Origin: Leptolyngbyaceae cyanobacterium | Lineage (GTDB): Bacteria; Cyanobacteriota; Cyanobacteriia; Phormidesmidales; Phormidesmidaceae | Assembly (NCBI GenBank): GCA_965263355.1 | Contig: CBDHHL010000056.1 | Coordinates: 256,001 to 320,000, forward strand | Reading direction: 5' to 3' | Length of the DNA: 64,000 nucleotides | Shown here: positions 1 to 10,012 of the stretch, in pieces | How the letters are laid out: each line of letters begins with the position of its first letter | Numbering within the stretch: position 1 is the first letter of the stretch | Made by a program: the position numbers and the translations under genes | Notes under the pieces: model-generated | Told to the model about the DNA's origin: nothing | Seen by the model: only the letters and a program-made list of their open reading frames with translations | The model's database searches: none

Positions 1-2072
1 GCGTTGCTCGCACCATTAGAGGAGAGTACAACCTCACCAAAGCGGTCCAGGTTGAAGTACTCAGTTACAAAGAGAGTGTCAGGAATGGTTACCTGCATGC
101 CCTCAAAGGCTTCTAGATCATCGACGCTGGCAACTGGGAAGTTAACCGTAGCCGCTGTGGGTAGTGTATTACCGGAGCTGACAACTGTAATATCTGAAGC
201 ACTGGTAACCGCTAACTGGGTCTGGCCAAAGGCTTCTCCAACGGTACCGGTAATTTGGACCACATCGCCCACGTTTACATCCGTGAGGAAATTACCATTT
301 TCAAAGATGAAGAGACCTTCAGAGGTTAGGGGATTCGAATCGGCATCGGCATCTTCCTCTTGGACATAGAAGCCTTCTAGGTTACGAAGAGTGTCCGCAT
401 CTCCATCCTGGAAGTCGCCTGTAACAACAGCTTCGATAGTGACTATTTGACCATCAAGGGGACTTGCGTCTCCACTACCTTGGATATCAGAAATTAGGGT
501 GATGGCTACACCGTCATCATTCTGGATGGTGCCATCGGCAGTTGCTGTGGTGATGGTTTCACCATTAGCAGGGGCAGAGAGAGTGACGGTAAAGTTCTCA
601 TCTAACTCAGCATCTGTATCGCCAGAAACATCTAGGGTAATGGTCTGAGTGGTTTCACCATCGGCAAAGTTGACTGTGCCTGTAGGTAGGGTGCCGCCAA
701 AGTCGGCTGCATCGGCGTCGCCACTAACAGCAAAGTCTACAGAGGTAGCGCCGCTAGTGTCGCCGGAGCGAGTGACGGTGAAGGTAAAGGGCGTTGTGCC
801 TGTGTTGCCTTCATTTTGAACAGCATTGTCGGGTGCGATCGCAACTGTTGTAGATGGACCACCAGATGCTTCAGCAATGACAAAATTGTCAACGCCAAAG
901 TCTTCGTCTCCTGACTCGACAGAAACACTCAGTCGAAGATCAAGAGTGGAGCCTGTACCCGAGATCGCCTTGGTAAATGTCTGAGCGGCATTGCCTAATG
1001 CTGTGCCATCACCCTCACCATCAAAGTCAGTATCTTCGCGAAACACACCATTAAAGGTAGTGCTACTAAAGTCTGCCCCTTCAAAGGCCAAAAGATTTTG
1101 GAATCCGCCGCCATCAATCTGGTATTCAACCAGGATGGAATCGGCCGCATCAATATCTCCAGGGCTGTCAAAGAACTCGGCGAAGTCACCGCTAAATTCC
1201 AAATTACTCAACCCACTAATATCCAGGCTAGACCAAGTCACAGTAACGGGTACGGTTGCACCCTCACCATCCAAATCCATCCCTGTGAGGAAACTGCCAT
1301 CAAACCCTGTGTAAGCTTTAACGTTGGGTTGAGGATCGCCACCAAAGTCGCCGCCACCAGCGCCGTCTGAAATACCAAAAAAGTCGAAACCTGAACTCAC
1401 GCCAGCATCTGAAAAGAATGGCTCGCTGGTGGTGAATTGAGAGGCATCATCAAAGGTCTCGTTGAGCACGTCACTGGGGGTTGCCGCGTCGCCAGTGATT
1501 TCAATCGCGTCGATTGCAAGGTCTTCATCCCCGGAATCCAGGTCAAAGGTAAATTGCAAATCCAAAGTAGAGCCGGTACCTGCGATCGCACCACCCAAGG
1601 CAGCAAATGTACTGGTAATTTCGGTGCCATCACCGGTACCGTCAAAATCAGTATCGATTAACGGAGCAGAGTTGAATGTGCTGCCATCATTCTCGATCGC
1701 TAGCAGATTTTGGAATCCGCCACCATCAATCTGATACTCAACTAGGAAAAAGTCAGCCGCGTCCCAGTCTTGATTGCTACCATCATCGTCCTCGGCAAAA
1801 AGAGCACTGAAGCCAAGGTTAGTAAACCCAGTAATGTCAATACCAGAAAATGATAGGGTTTGCTGAGAAGCAGCCCCTTCACCGTCAATATCTTGGGCGG
1901 CAAAGAAAAAGTTACCGTCAGCACCAGTAACTTGGTAAAAAGTACCAATATTGCTGCCATCGGTACGCGTAAAAAAGTCACCAAGACTATCCGTAAATTC
2001 GGGTACAGAAGTGGTGTAACGAGTTCCGTTACCGTCTGTCTCGAAGTTTTCCGTGAAAATAGTGGTCGGCAT
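1..2072 (-). CDS. ExeM/NucH-family extracellular endonuclease, large acidic secreted protein (3' part runs off the window; absent from ORF track)
   Basis: ATG at 2072 opens MPTTIFTENFETDGNGTRYTTSVPEFTD..., and the frame stays open in the stretches read toward position 1. It has two copies of a VEYQIDGGGFQNLLA...GTGSTLDL...SGDED domain and a Calx-beta-like repeat (EGNTGTTPFTFTVTRSGDTSGATSVDF...DENFTVTLS). These are followed by the ExeM-type OB-fold ISDIQGSGDASPLDGQIVTIEAVVTGDFQ...GFYVQEEDAD...SEGLF and LEAFEGMQV...NLDRFGEVVLS. Confidence 0.85.
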   Translation of the reverse strand, partial: MPTTIFTENFETDGNGTRYTTSVPEFTDSLGDFFTRTDGSNIGTFYQVTGADGNFFFAAQDIDGEGAASQQTLSFSGIDITGFTNLGFSALFAEDDDGSNQDWDAADFFLVEYQIDGGGFQNLLAIENDGSTFNSAPLIDTDFDGTGDGTEITSTFAALGGAIAGTGSTLDLQFTFDLDSGDEDLAIDAIEITGDAATPSDVLNETFDDASQFTTSEPFFSDAGVSSGFDFFGISDGAGGGDFGGDPQPNVKAYTGFDGSFLTGMDLDGEGATVPVTVTWSSLDISGLSNLEFSGDFAEFFDSPGDIDAADSILVEYQIDGGGFQNLLAFEGADFSSTTFNGVFREDTDFDGEGDGTALGNAAQTFTKAISGTGSTLDLRLSVSVESGDEDFGVDNFVIAEASGGPSTTVAIAPDNAVQNEGNTGTTPFTFTVTRSGDTSGATSVDFAVSGDADAADFGGTLPTGTVNFADGETTQTITLDVSGDTDAELDENFTVTLSAPANGETITTATADGTIQNDDGVAITLISDIQGSGDASPLDGQIVTIEAVVTGDFQDGDADTLRNLEGFYVQEEDADADSNPLTSEGLFIFENGNFLTDVNVGDVVQITGTVGEAFGQTQLAVTSASDITVVSSGNTLPTAATVNFPVASVDDLEAFEGMQVTIPDTLFVTEYFNLDRFGEVVLSSNGASN

Positions 2073-2644
2073 AATGTGAGTAAAAACGTCTATTGAAGAT
2101 TTTCAATGGGGTAAGAATTGGACATTTTCAGTAAATAAAATTAAGCAGAGCGTAGTGTTGACTTTTAAAGCCCTAAATGCATCAAAATACCATGCACATT
2201 CCACACAAACGCCTATAACAACCCCTAAGGATAGAGATCTATAGCCATAGAGTGCTCGCTTAAGTTTAATCCTGAGTAATATCCCCCGTTTGTCCCTGGG
2301 CATTCGACCATCACACAACAATGGGCAGCAAAGAAAAAACAACGTTGACGTGGGTCTTCTTTACTAATTGGTGGCCGTAACACTTTTTACAGGGATTTTT
2401 TGGATATGGACAAGAGGTTCAATGACAAGAACATGAGAGTTTATAAACAGACCCTCATAGGAGTCATACGATGCTTCTGTCGCTTGACATTTGTCCAGTA
2501 ATGAAGATCATCCCAATGGCTGCTAAACGATAATCCCCCCTAAGACTCCCGTTAGACTCTCACAAACTGAGATGAAGAAAAGGTAAAAACCACATTAAAG
2601 CCCTTAACTTCTTTAGGCAGGCTTTACCGTTTTTACAGTTACTT

Positions 2645-3035
2645 GATTAAATTGTCATTATTGGTTGCAGGATGTGCTGAAGACAACTCCGTAGTAACTA
2701 TATTGACTGGTGATGGCAACATACTTTCTTTAAATAAATTTATAGCAACTTCAACGTGCGATCGCAACAAAAAACTGATTAAATTGTCACTAGTTGGTTG
2801 CACAATGTGCTGAGAACAACTCCGTAGTCACTGTATTAGCTTTCTGTTTTAAAGTACTTTCTTTAAAGAAAAAGACCATAACTTTAACGTGCGATCGCAA
2901 CAAAAATCCGATTAAATTATTACTAGCTAGCTGCAGAATGTGCTGAGAGCAACTCCGTAGTAAATGTGTCAAATTTCTGCTTCAACGTACTTGCTTTAAA
3001 GAACGCGGCTATAGCTTCAACGTGCGATCGCAATA
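2645..3035. repeat. Three diverged tandem copies of a ~132-133 bp non-coding unit
   Basis: Units start at 2645, 2777 and 2910 with GATTAAATT. They share TGCA..ATGTGCTGA...CAACTCCGTAGT, TACTT.CTTTAAA and CTT(C/T)AACGTGCGATCGCAA. Confidence 0.9.
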
Positions 3036-3144
3036 GGCACCCTAGCTAGTCAACGTTACTGTTTTAGACAGTTATAATTAAAATTAATGATTCTGATTTA
3101 AAGTGTATGGGCAGTAGAACTGAAGGATACTGCCTACTTTTAGT

Positions 3145-4830
3145 ATGCCGGCTGCGCCTATCCCTAAAAACGACGCTGATCGCCTAGCGGATCTGCACTA
3201 TTACAGGATTTTAGACACGCCTTCTGAAGACTCCTTTGATCAGTTGACTCACTTGGCAGCTTATATTTGCCAGACTCCCGTTAGCTTAATTAGCCTGGTG
3301 GATAAGCATCGCCAGTGGTTTAAATCTGTGTGTGGTCTGGGGATCTCTGAAACACCGAGGCAACAGGCATTTTGTGGGTATACCCTGACAGAAAACAAGC
3401 CCTGCATTGTAGAAGATGCCACCATTGATGCCCGTGTTAAAGACAACCCATTAGTCTTGGGTGAACCTAATATTCGTTTCTATGCGGGTATTCCCCTGAT
3501 ATCGCCTCGGGCCCATTGCCTTGGCTCCCTATGTGTGATCGATTTTGTTCCCAGAAAATTAAATCAAAGCCAAATTGACGGTCTTAAAGCCCTGGCTTCC
3601 CAGGTGATGCGTTTGTTAGAAGCCCGACTATTTTCTGAAAAAATCACCCATTACACCCACGTGTTGGAGGACGCCCATTTTCAATCCCTGGAAGCAAATC
3701 AGGCAAAATCGCAGTTTTTAGCGATGATTAGCCATGATATTCGCACCCCACTCCATGGCATCATCGGTGCATTAGATTTGTTATCCGGCTCAGAGCTTTC
3801 GCTACAGCAGCAAGACTATGTGACGACTGCTAACACCTCTGCTCAGCTATTAGAGGCAATAATTAGCGATGTTCTGGACTTTTCAAAAATTGAGGCGAAT
3901 AAGTTAACCCTTACCCCAACGCCGACATCGTTAATTAAGCTCTATACCAAAATCGAGCAAGTTTTACAAGATGACATTGAGCAAAAACAGCTTCGATTTT
4001 CAATTGATTGTGATGCGTCTATTCCTAAAAGACTGTTAATTGATAAAAATCGACTTTCTCAAGTTTTGCTCAATTTATGTAGCAATGCGGTGAAATTCAC
4101 CCCCGCCTATGGGTCGATTAAATTAAGCTGTCGTCTGCAGAAACTGACGCCCGATGCAGCGACCATCAAAATCTGTGTATCGGATAACGGCATTGGTATT
4201 GCTAATGACCGACAACAAGATATCTTTTCCCCCTTTGTCCAAGTGAATAATCATAATCATCATGAGCATGAAGGGACTGGGTTAGGCTTGGCGATTTCAT
4301 CACGCTTGTTGGAACTGATGAAATCAAAGCTATGCTTAAAAAGTACCCTGGGCGAGGGAGCCGCTTTCTACTTTACTTTGAGCTGTCCGATTGCCCAGGC
4401 TGTCCCTGCTAAGGTATTGCCTGCTACCCCCCTACAAACAATTCGACAGCGTTTGCAGCGGTCAATCCGGGTTTTGGTGGCGGAAGATAATCCCATTAGT
4501 CAGAAGTTGTTGAAACATCTGTTACATAAAAATGGTTGTATTGTTAGTCTGACCAATAATGGCCAAGAGGCTTGCCAACGGTTTATGGAACATTCCTTTG
4601 ATCTGGTGCTAATGGACTTGGAAATGCCAGTTATGACTGGGGAAGAGGCGGCACAAGAGATATTTAAATATTGTCAAAAACAACAGCGACAGGTGCCGAT
4701 TATTATGATTACGGCCCATGCGATCGCAGAAACCCAAGAACGATTAATGGCCCAAGGCGTTGATGGCTATTTGACGAAACCGATTCGAGCCAAGGAGTTA
4801 CTGGTTGCAATTTCGCAAGCGCTGACTTGA
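3145..4830 (+). CDS. Hybrid sensor histidine kinase (GAF-HisKA-HATPase_c-REC)
   Basis: GAF motif (RLADLHYYRILDT...IRFYAGIPL), H-box SHDIRTPLHGI, N-box NLCSNAVKFT, G boxes DNGIGI and GTGLGL, receiver with VAEDN, DLVLMDLEMP and KP. Confidence 0.93.
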   Translation: MPAAPIPKNDADRLADLHYYRILDTPSEDSFDQLTHLAAYICQTPVSLISLVDKHRQWFKSVCGLGISETPRQQAFCGYTLTENKPCIVEDATIDARVKDNPLVLGEPNIRFYAGIPLISPRAHCLGSLCVIDFVPRKLNQSQIDGLKALASQVMRLLEARLFSEKITHYTHVLEDAHFQSLEANQAKSQFLAMISHDIRTPLHGIIGALDLLSGSELSLQQQDYVTTANTSAQLLEAIISDVLDFSKIEANKLTLTPTPTSLIKLYTKIEQVLQDDIEQKQLRFSIDCDASIPKRLLIDKNRLSQVLLNLCSNAVKFTPAYGSIKLSCRLQKLTPDAATIKICVSDNGIGIANDRQQDIFSPFVQVNNHNHHEHEGTGLGLAISSRLLELMKSKLCLKSTLGEGAAFYFTLSCPIAQAVPAKVLPATPLQTIRQRLQRSIRVLVAEDNPISQKLLKHLLHKNGCIVSLTNNGQEACQRFMEHSFDLVLMDLEMPVMTGEEAAQEIFKYCQKQQRQVPIIMITAHAIAETQERLMAQGVDGYLTKPIRAKELLVAISQALT

Positions 4831-4838
4831 CCCCATCA

Positions 4839-6995
4839 CTACATATGGGGTTCCCCAAATAAGACAATAGAACAGGTCAATTCTCGGATAAGTTTTGTTG
4901 TCACATCACTCACCATCAGGCCCCCTGAAGTCCGTCGACGCAGGGAGCGCAAAATCACTAAGTCAAAGCTATCTGCGAGTCGGAGCAGCGCTTGGGTGAC
5001 ATTATCATGGGCAATGGTTTTAATACGCTCCACTGTTTTTAAGCCATCATGGATGACGATGGCGTCCAAATCTTCCTTAAATTTGAGTATATTAGCCTTC
5101 GGGGTACGACGATCGTACACATGCACCAGAGTGACGGCAGCATGGTGAGCATCGGCAAACAGCTGGGCAAAGCGTACCGTACGAATTGTTTTCGGCATTA
5201 AGTCCCGCACAGGTACCAATATGCGATGGATATTAGTCGGTTCTGTTTTTAATCGCATCACAGCCACGGGACAGTGGGACGACCAAAACACACTGTCCAA
5301 CGTGCTACCAAAGAGTCTTGCCCTCACACCGGTGGTATCTTCATTCCACCCCATGACCACTAAATTGGCATTTTGTTCACGGGCTGTGTGGTTAATGCCA
5401 GTAGCGTCATCATCGGCAATGCGAACGATGGGGGTGGCCTTTACATTCAAGGTTTGGCTAACATCACTGGCATCTTGCACAATTACCTGACGTCTTTGCA
5501 AATCATCCACCAGGATCGGGTCATCCATATGGGCATAGGCACGGGCAATGGTGAGGGGAACAATCTGGCCTGATTCATGGTGGGCCAGCAATACAGCCGT
5601 TTCCACCAGATATTGATCGGTACGGGGCTCAAAAATGGGAACAACAATGGTAAACGCACGGGGCAGGTGACACAGAAGCGGTTCCCACTGATATCCCCAT
5701 TCTTCTGGCAGGAGGGGCTCTGTGTTATCCAGGGCATTTGCTTCTGCTGGAACGGCTAGCTGACTAGCAAAGGCACGGGTGGTGATGGGACCTGCGATCG
5801 CAGTAATCAACATCAACACAATCACTGCATTAAAGACAGCCTCATTGATTAAGCCAATTTCACGGGCCACAATGGCAGCAGCTAGGGGGGCTGCCACATG
5901 GGGCAGGCACAACGACCACATGGTTAATATCTCATTCCAGCTATAACGGTAGATTAGTTTAGCCAGAAATGTTCCCACAACCTTACTGATAACGACACCG
6001 ACAAGAATAGCCAGGGTAATTCCTAGAGACGATGTCAGCGAAGAGATAAAAATGGGTAGGTCAACAAGTAACCCAACGTGGACAAAGAAGAACGGAATAA
6101 ATAAAACACTGCCAACAAATTCAACCTTCTCTTTGACGGGGCCATCGCCTAGAACATCATTCACGGCCAGACCGGCCAAAAAGGCCCCAACAATGCGTTC
6201 AACATTAACCAATTGGGCTCCAGCTGACGCTAAAAATACGGCCAGAAGAACAAAGACAAACTGATTTCCCTGCTCGTCCCCTGTACGTCGAAAATAGAGC
6301 TTTCCGGCCCAGTCCAGGCCAAAGAGAACCATAGCTGCATAGATAGCCAGGGATAAAATCTGAGCGACCAGGCTAAATAGGGAAAATTCTCCAGCGTGGA
6401 TGGAAACAGAAATGGCCAGAAGTAATAGACCTAAAATATCGGTAAAAATGGTGGCACCAATGGTGACAGTAATGGCTTCGTTACCCATTACACCAAGGCG
6501 ATTGACAATGGGGTACCCCAGTAATGTGTGGGGAGCAAATACAGCTCCCATAAGCAGAGCAGTATTCCAGTCGAAGCCTAGCAATCGACCGACCAGTAGA
6601 CCACCCGCAAGAGACGATACAAAAATCAACAATCCAAGACCCAGGGAGCGGTTACGGGTTTTGTGAAACTTGGCTAGATCAATTTCTAAGCCAATTACAA
6701 ACATCAGGTAGATTTTCCCGATTTCTGCCAGCAGTTCCATGGTTTCGGTCTCGGCATCCAAAGCGGCCAGACCGCTTTTTCCAAGCACTACGCCAGCAAC
6801 CAATAGGCCGACAAGACCCGGTAGCTTTAGACGCTCAAATAGGGGTGGAAGGGTTAGGACCACCAGCAGCAATATTGTCAGGGAAATCAGTGGGCTATGG
6901 AGCGAGAGGGCTTCGCCGTGTTCGACTGCGGCTAGAACCATATAGGTGCCTATGGGGGAAACGACAAGCAGCACAGGCGGGAGACCCACCGTCAT
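4839..6995 (-). CDS. Cation:proton antiporter (CPA2) with C-terminal universal-stress (USP) domains; start may be 6941
   Basis: Multi-TM N-terminal half (LPGLVGLLVAGVVLG, IFTDIL, IVGAFLAGLA, FIPFFFV) and a USP-like tail (LFGSTLDSVFWSSHCPVAV, RILVPV). Confidence 0.9.
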   Translation of the reverse strand: MTVGLPPVLLVVSPIGTYMVLAAVEHGEALSLHSPLISLTILLLVVLTLPPLFERLKLPGLVGLLVAGVVLGKSGLAALDAETETMELLAEIGKIYLMFVIGLEIDLAKFHKTRNRSLGLGLLIFVSSLAGGLLVGRLLGFDWNTALLMGAVFAPHTLLGYPIVNRLGVMGNEAITVTIGATIFTDILGLLLLAISVSIHAGEFSLFSLVAQILSLAIYAAMVLFGLDWAGKLYFRRTGDEQGNQFVFVLLAVFLASAGAQLVNVERIVGAFLAGLAVNDVLGDGPVKEKVEFVGSVLFIPFFFVHVGLLVDLPIFISSLTSSLGITLAILVGVVISKVVGTFLAKLIYRYSWNEILTMWSLCLPHVAAPLAAAIVAREIGLINEAVFNAVIVLMLITAIAGPITTRAFASQLAVPAEANALDNTEPLLPEEWGYQWEPLLCHLPRAFTIVVPIFEPRTDQYLVETAVLLAHHESGQIVPLTIARAYAHMDDPILVDDLQRRQVIVQDASDVSQTLNVKATPIVRIADDDATGINHTAREQNANLVVMGWNEDTTGVRARLFGSTLDSVFWSSHCPVAVMRLKTEPTNIHRILVPVRDLMPKTIRTVRFAQLFADAHHAAVTLVHVYDRRTPKANILKFKEDLDAIVIHDGLKTVERIKTIAHDNVTQALLRLADSFDLVILRSLRRRTSGGLMVSDVTTKLIRELTCSIVLFGEPHM

Positions 6996-7252
6996 TGTTA
7001 TTTTGCCTGATCAACTACTTCAGATAGTAGGTTTAAAACTTGCTCAATGTATTTTTACGCAATTGCTTTGATGGCCATTTTAGTTAGCGTAATTTTTGTT
7101 TGCTGTGAACCTTTACCCATGGTCAATATCACTTTAATCTAATTTGCTTAGTCTTATGGGCTGATACCCAAGGATTTGTATTGTCAGCGTGTTTAGGACG
7201 TGGGTAAAAAATACTACTTGAGATCGCATTTAACCATAAGGACACAGCAGTA

Positions 7253-7321
7253 ATGGTAACTACTTTAAATGCAGGTGAAATTGCGATTACGAGCTTCAAT
7301 TTTGATAATGCGGATGAATAG
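7253..7321 (+). pseudogene. 22-codon stub resembling the N-terminus of large cyanobacterial secreted/surface proteins
   Basis: An AAGGA RBS precedes MVTTLNAGEIAITSFNFDNADE*, which resembles the recurrent start M.TTL.AGDIAI..FNFDN.D. Confidence 0.45.
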
Positions 7322-7326
7322 AAATT

Positions 7327-8007
7327 ATGATGCTGGTGAAGTTATTTTTTCCAAGAGATAAAATCATGTGGCCAGATTGTGTCAATAACCTCCAGCCTTT
7401 TGAGAACTCTCTTCAAGCAGAGTTACCACAATTTATTGTGCGGGCATTTCAGAAACAAGGTATTGAAAACCTTCAAGAGATGGTTTTACCGATTCAGATG
7501 ATCGCCTTGTTGGGGAAATGTGGCACAGAAACCTATATGGACTGCCCTAATTTGCCGGAATGGCATGTGGCAAACTCCCAGAGTGTCGGAAAAGAGCCCG
7601 CATACTATCTCGCTAATATTGGCCGATATTATTGGTTTGATGTGAATATTTTAGATGCTGAGCAAACTGTGCTGCCATTGCGCATTGTGTTTAATGAAGG
7701 CGATGCGGATTGCAATGATGGCATTTGGGGAGCAGCCTGGGACCGCAATACGGCAGAGCGTGTTGCTAACTTTAAGAGTGTAGGAGATTGCGAAACCGAA
7801 ATCGCAGTTGTTTCAGACACACATCTACAGGCGTATAAGCCCCATGATATATGGATTCCAACTAAGTTCAAAAATGGCAAAAGAGATGATCCCCTACCCG
7901 CTAATACTATCTATGCTCAAGATTTAGAATTAGAGAAACTGATTGGATTATCCATAAGATGGTGTGGTGCATATCGTTCGATGTCTACTTTCGAAAAATA
8001 TGTGTGA
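7327..8007 (+). CDS. Hypothetical protein (start possibly MWPD at 7366)
   Basis: 226-aa ORF with globular composition. No family recognised. Confidence 0.6.
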   Translation: MMLVKLFFPRDKIMWPDCVNNLQPFENSLQAELPQFIVRAFQKQGIENLQEMVLPIQMIALLGKCGTETYMDCPNLPEWHVANSQSVGKEPAYYLANIGRYYWFDVNILDAEQTVLPLRIVFNEGDADCNDGIWGAAWDRNTAERVANFKSVGDCETEIAVVSDTHLQAYKPHDIWIPTKFKNGKRDDPLPANTIYAQDLELEKLIGLSIRWCGAYRSMSTFEKYV

Positions 8008-8027
8008 GGATGCCTATAATGTCTATT

Positions 8028-8603
8028 CTATGCGGCTTGAATTGTTAATGTAAAACCAGGCAGTACATTATCCCCTGAAAGAGTCGTAGGGAGGTTAATG
8101 ATAGCAATCTCCTGATTCGGTCGATAAATTTCAACTGTTTGACCTTGGGGATTAATTAGCCACCCAAGTTGGAGCCCACTGGCAAGGTATTCTTGCATCT
8201 TTTGCTGTAGTGGCTTCAATCGATCACTTTCGGACCGTAACTCAATCACAAAGTCAGGGCACAGGGGCGGAAATATTTTCTTCTGGTCTGGGGACAACTG
8301 ATGCCAACGTTCGAGCTTGACCCAGGCCGCATCGGGAGATCGATCGCCACCATTGGGTAATTTAAAGACGGTTGAGGAGCTAAATACCTTACCTAATTTT
8401 GTTTGGCGATTCCAGATGTTTAAGTCAGTAATATAATCTGCTTCTCTTTCTCCACTCTCACCACCTACTGGAGGCATAATAATTAATTCTCCTATTGCAC
8501 TCCGTTCCATCGCCACATCTTTATTGGCCATGCACAATTTATAGAACTGCTCATGGGTCAGTGTCTGGACTAGAGGTTCTAAGCTTAAGTGAATTGCACT
8601 CAT
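8028..8603 (-). CDS. Uma2-family (PD-(D/E)XK) putative endonuclease
   Basis: Motifs GELIIMPP, SPDAAWV, CPDFVIELRSESD, KMQEY...GWLINP and LPGF. Confidence 0.93.
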   Translation of the reverse strand: MSAIHLSLEPLVQTLTHEQFYKLCMANKDVAMERSAIGELIIMPPVGGESGEREADYITDLNIWNRQTKLGKVFSSSTVFKLPNGGDRSPDAAWVKLERWHQLSPDQKKIFPPLCPDFVIELRSESDRLKPLQQKMQEYLASGLQLGWLINPQGQTVEIYRPNQEIAIINLPTTLSGDNVLPGFTLTIQAA

Positions 8604-8815
8604 ATTAGGTAACCTTGATTGCTCCGGCTTGCTTCTATTCTAGACTTGCAACCAGCATCTAAGCTAAAAAAGGTTATCAATACTTGCCAAGCATTTTTTA
8701 GGAGAGTCTTTGCTGGGTGTTGAAAATGTTTGAAAATAAAGAGTTATAGCCTTGCATAGTTTTAGTGGGCGGTGCTCACCCTACCGTTTGACTCTGGGCG
8801 GTATGGGTTAACCGC

Positions 8816-8955
8816 TTAGCTTAAAGGTGACTGGAAACGTTGACAGCTCAATGGCTGAAGGGCGTTATCAATAGGGATTAATGTATCACTATTATCTAGT
8901 ACTAGCAGAATCGTCCCATCATCAGTGGCCTGCCAACCTTGGGCCTCAGTAACAT
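8816..8955 (-). pseudogene. C-terminal relic of a filamentous-haemagglutinin/S-layer-family protein
   Basis: Reads VTEAQGWQATDDGTILLV...LSCQRFQSPLS*, matching the EAQGW...G.I.LV C-terminal motif of cyanobacterial FHA-like proteins. The upstream part is missing. Confidence 0.55.
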
Positions 8956-8957
8956 TT

Positions 8958-9422
8958 TAATCTGATTTCCTTCGACTTTGTTAAAAATACTGGCTGCCAC
9001 CATTTCTGCAATACATTGACCTAATCCCCCAATAATGTTTTCGTTTTTAGCCTCAGCCACGGTAATAATAGGACTACTTAAAATTAATTATTCTGGGGAG
9101 GCACTAATAATAAAATCACAAAAACCATTTAAACCTTTCTTTTAAACCTTTCTCTTTATCAACATTAAACTCAATGCCAGAGAATAGGCTAACGTTGTGC
9201 TTAAATATTTTTCGTGTTTCTACCAGAATATTCGCAATAATCAGTTCTGAACGCGCTTTTTCTGTATTAATAGCACGGGCGAGAGGAATAGTCTCCTTTA
9301 AGACTTCAGTAAGTGTAGCAGAGAGATCAATCCCCTTGATAGCAGACAAAACATTTTGCCTCTCTGGTAGAGTGACTCCCAACTCTTGTTTAACTTTTTT
9401 AAGTCAAATCACTGTATGACAT
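8958..9422 (-). pseudogene. Disrupted cyanobacterial PD-(D/E)XK-like hypothetical gene
   Basis: The start MSYSD[F]DLKKVKQEL has a 1-nt deletion. It continues with EKARSELII and FSGIEFNVD, a duplicated TTTAAACCTTTCT near 9128-9152, then GFCDFIISASPE*LIL (in-frame TAA) and EAKNENIIGGLGQCIAEMVAA. The 3' end is truncated. Confidence 0.75.
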
Positions 9423-9440
9423 CGTTAAATTCCATAGCGC

Positions 9441-9560
9441 TTAATTCTTCTTTGACTGAACGCTTTTTACCCAGGCATAATCTGTTTCCCTAAAGGGAGG
9501 TACTGGTTGTTGTTGATAATCAATTGTCAGATCGAATGCAGCCGCACCATAAACAATTCT
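9441..9560 (-). pseudogene. C-terminal relic of a DUF4058-like protein
   Basis: Reads VYGAAAFDLTIDYQQQPVPPFRETDYAWVKS, resembling the DUF4058 C-terminus. Confidence 0.5.
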
Positions 9561-9713
9561 GTAGGGGCACTCACATATGGAGGCCCTTCGATACCGGATG
9601 CTATCAGTCAGAATTTCGTATGAGGAGTGTTGATGCAGGGCTCTATACAAACAGCGGGTGAAGCTCCTTAGAACCCCACCCGCTGCTTTTGCCCAAAAAA
9701 GACGCCCGTAACC

Positions 9714-9899
9714 TTACTCGTCGTCGTCGTCGTCCTCATCCTCATCATCCTGAGGATACTCAAAACTATTAGACCGATTAGTTAATACTGACTTACCAAG
9801 ACTCAACGCCCGTCGAGCCTGTATTTCTGCTTTTCGCTTCCAAACGGCGCGATGCATGTTGCGCTTAGACTTGGAGCGTTTTTTCTTAGGAACCGCCAT
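9714..9899 (-). CDS. rpmF: 50S ribosomal protein L32
   Basis: [24 protein letters not shown]...ALSLGKS followed by an acidic tail. Confidence 0.97.
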   Translation of the reverse strand: MAVPKKKRSKSKRNMHRAVWKRKAEIQARRALSLGKSVLTNRSNSFEYPQDDEDEDDDDDE

Positions 9900-10012
9900 G
9901 GACCTGTTGGAAAATTAGACAACCTATTGATAATAGACCAAAGATGTGCGCATAAGGTAGGGTTTGGTAAGGAAAATTTTAAGCGTTGGCTGAACGAAAT
10001 CGAAGCCAACGC

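Noticed and set aside
4..2096. Short plus-strand and alternate-frame ORFs in the ORF track
   Set aside because: They are shadows of the long minus-strand ExeM/NucH frame starting at 2072.
2645..3035. CRISPR array interpretation of the tandem units
   Set aside because: The period is about 132 bp, the repeats are not identical, the linkers are partly homologous, and no cas genes are in the window.
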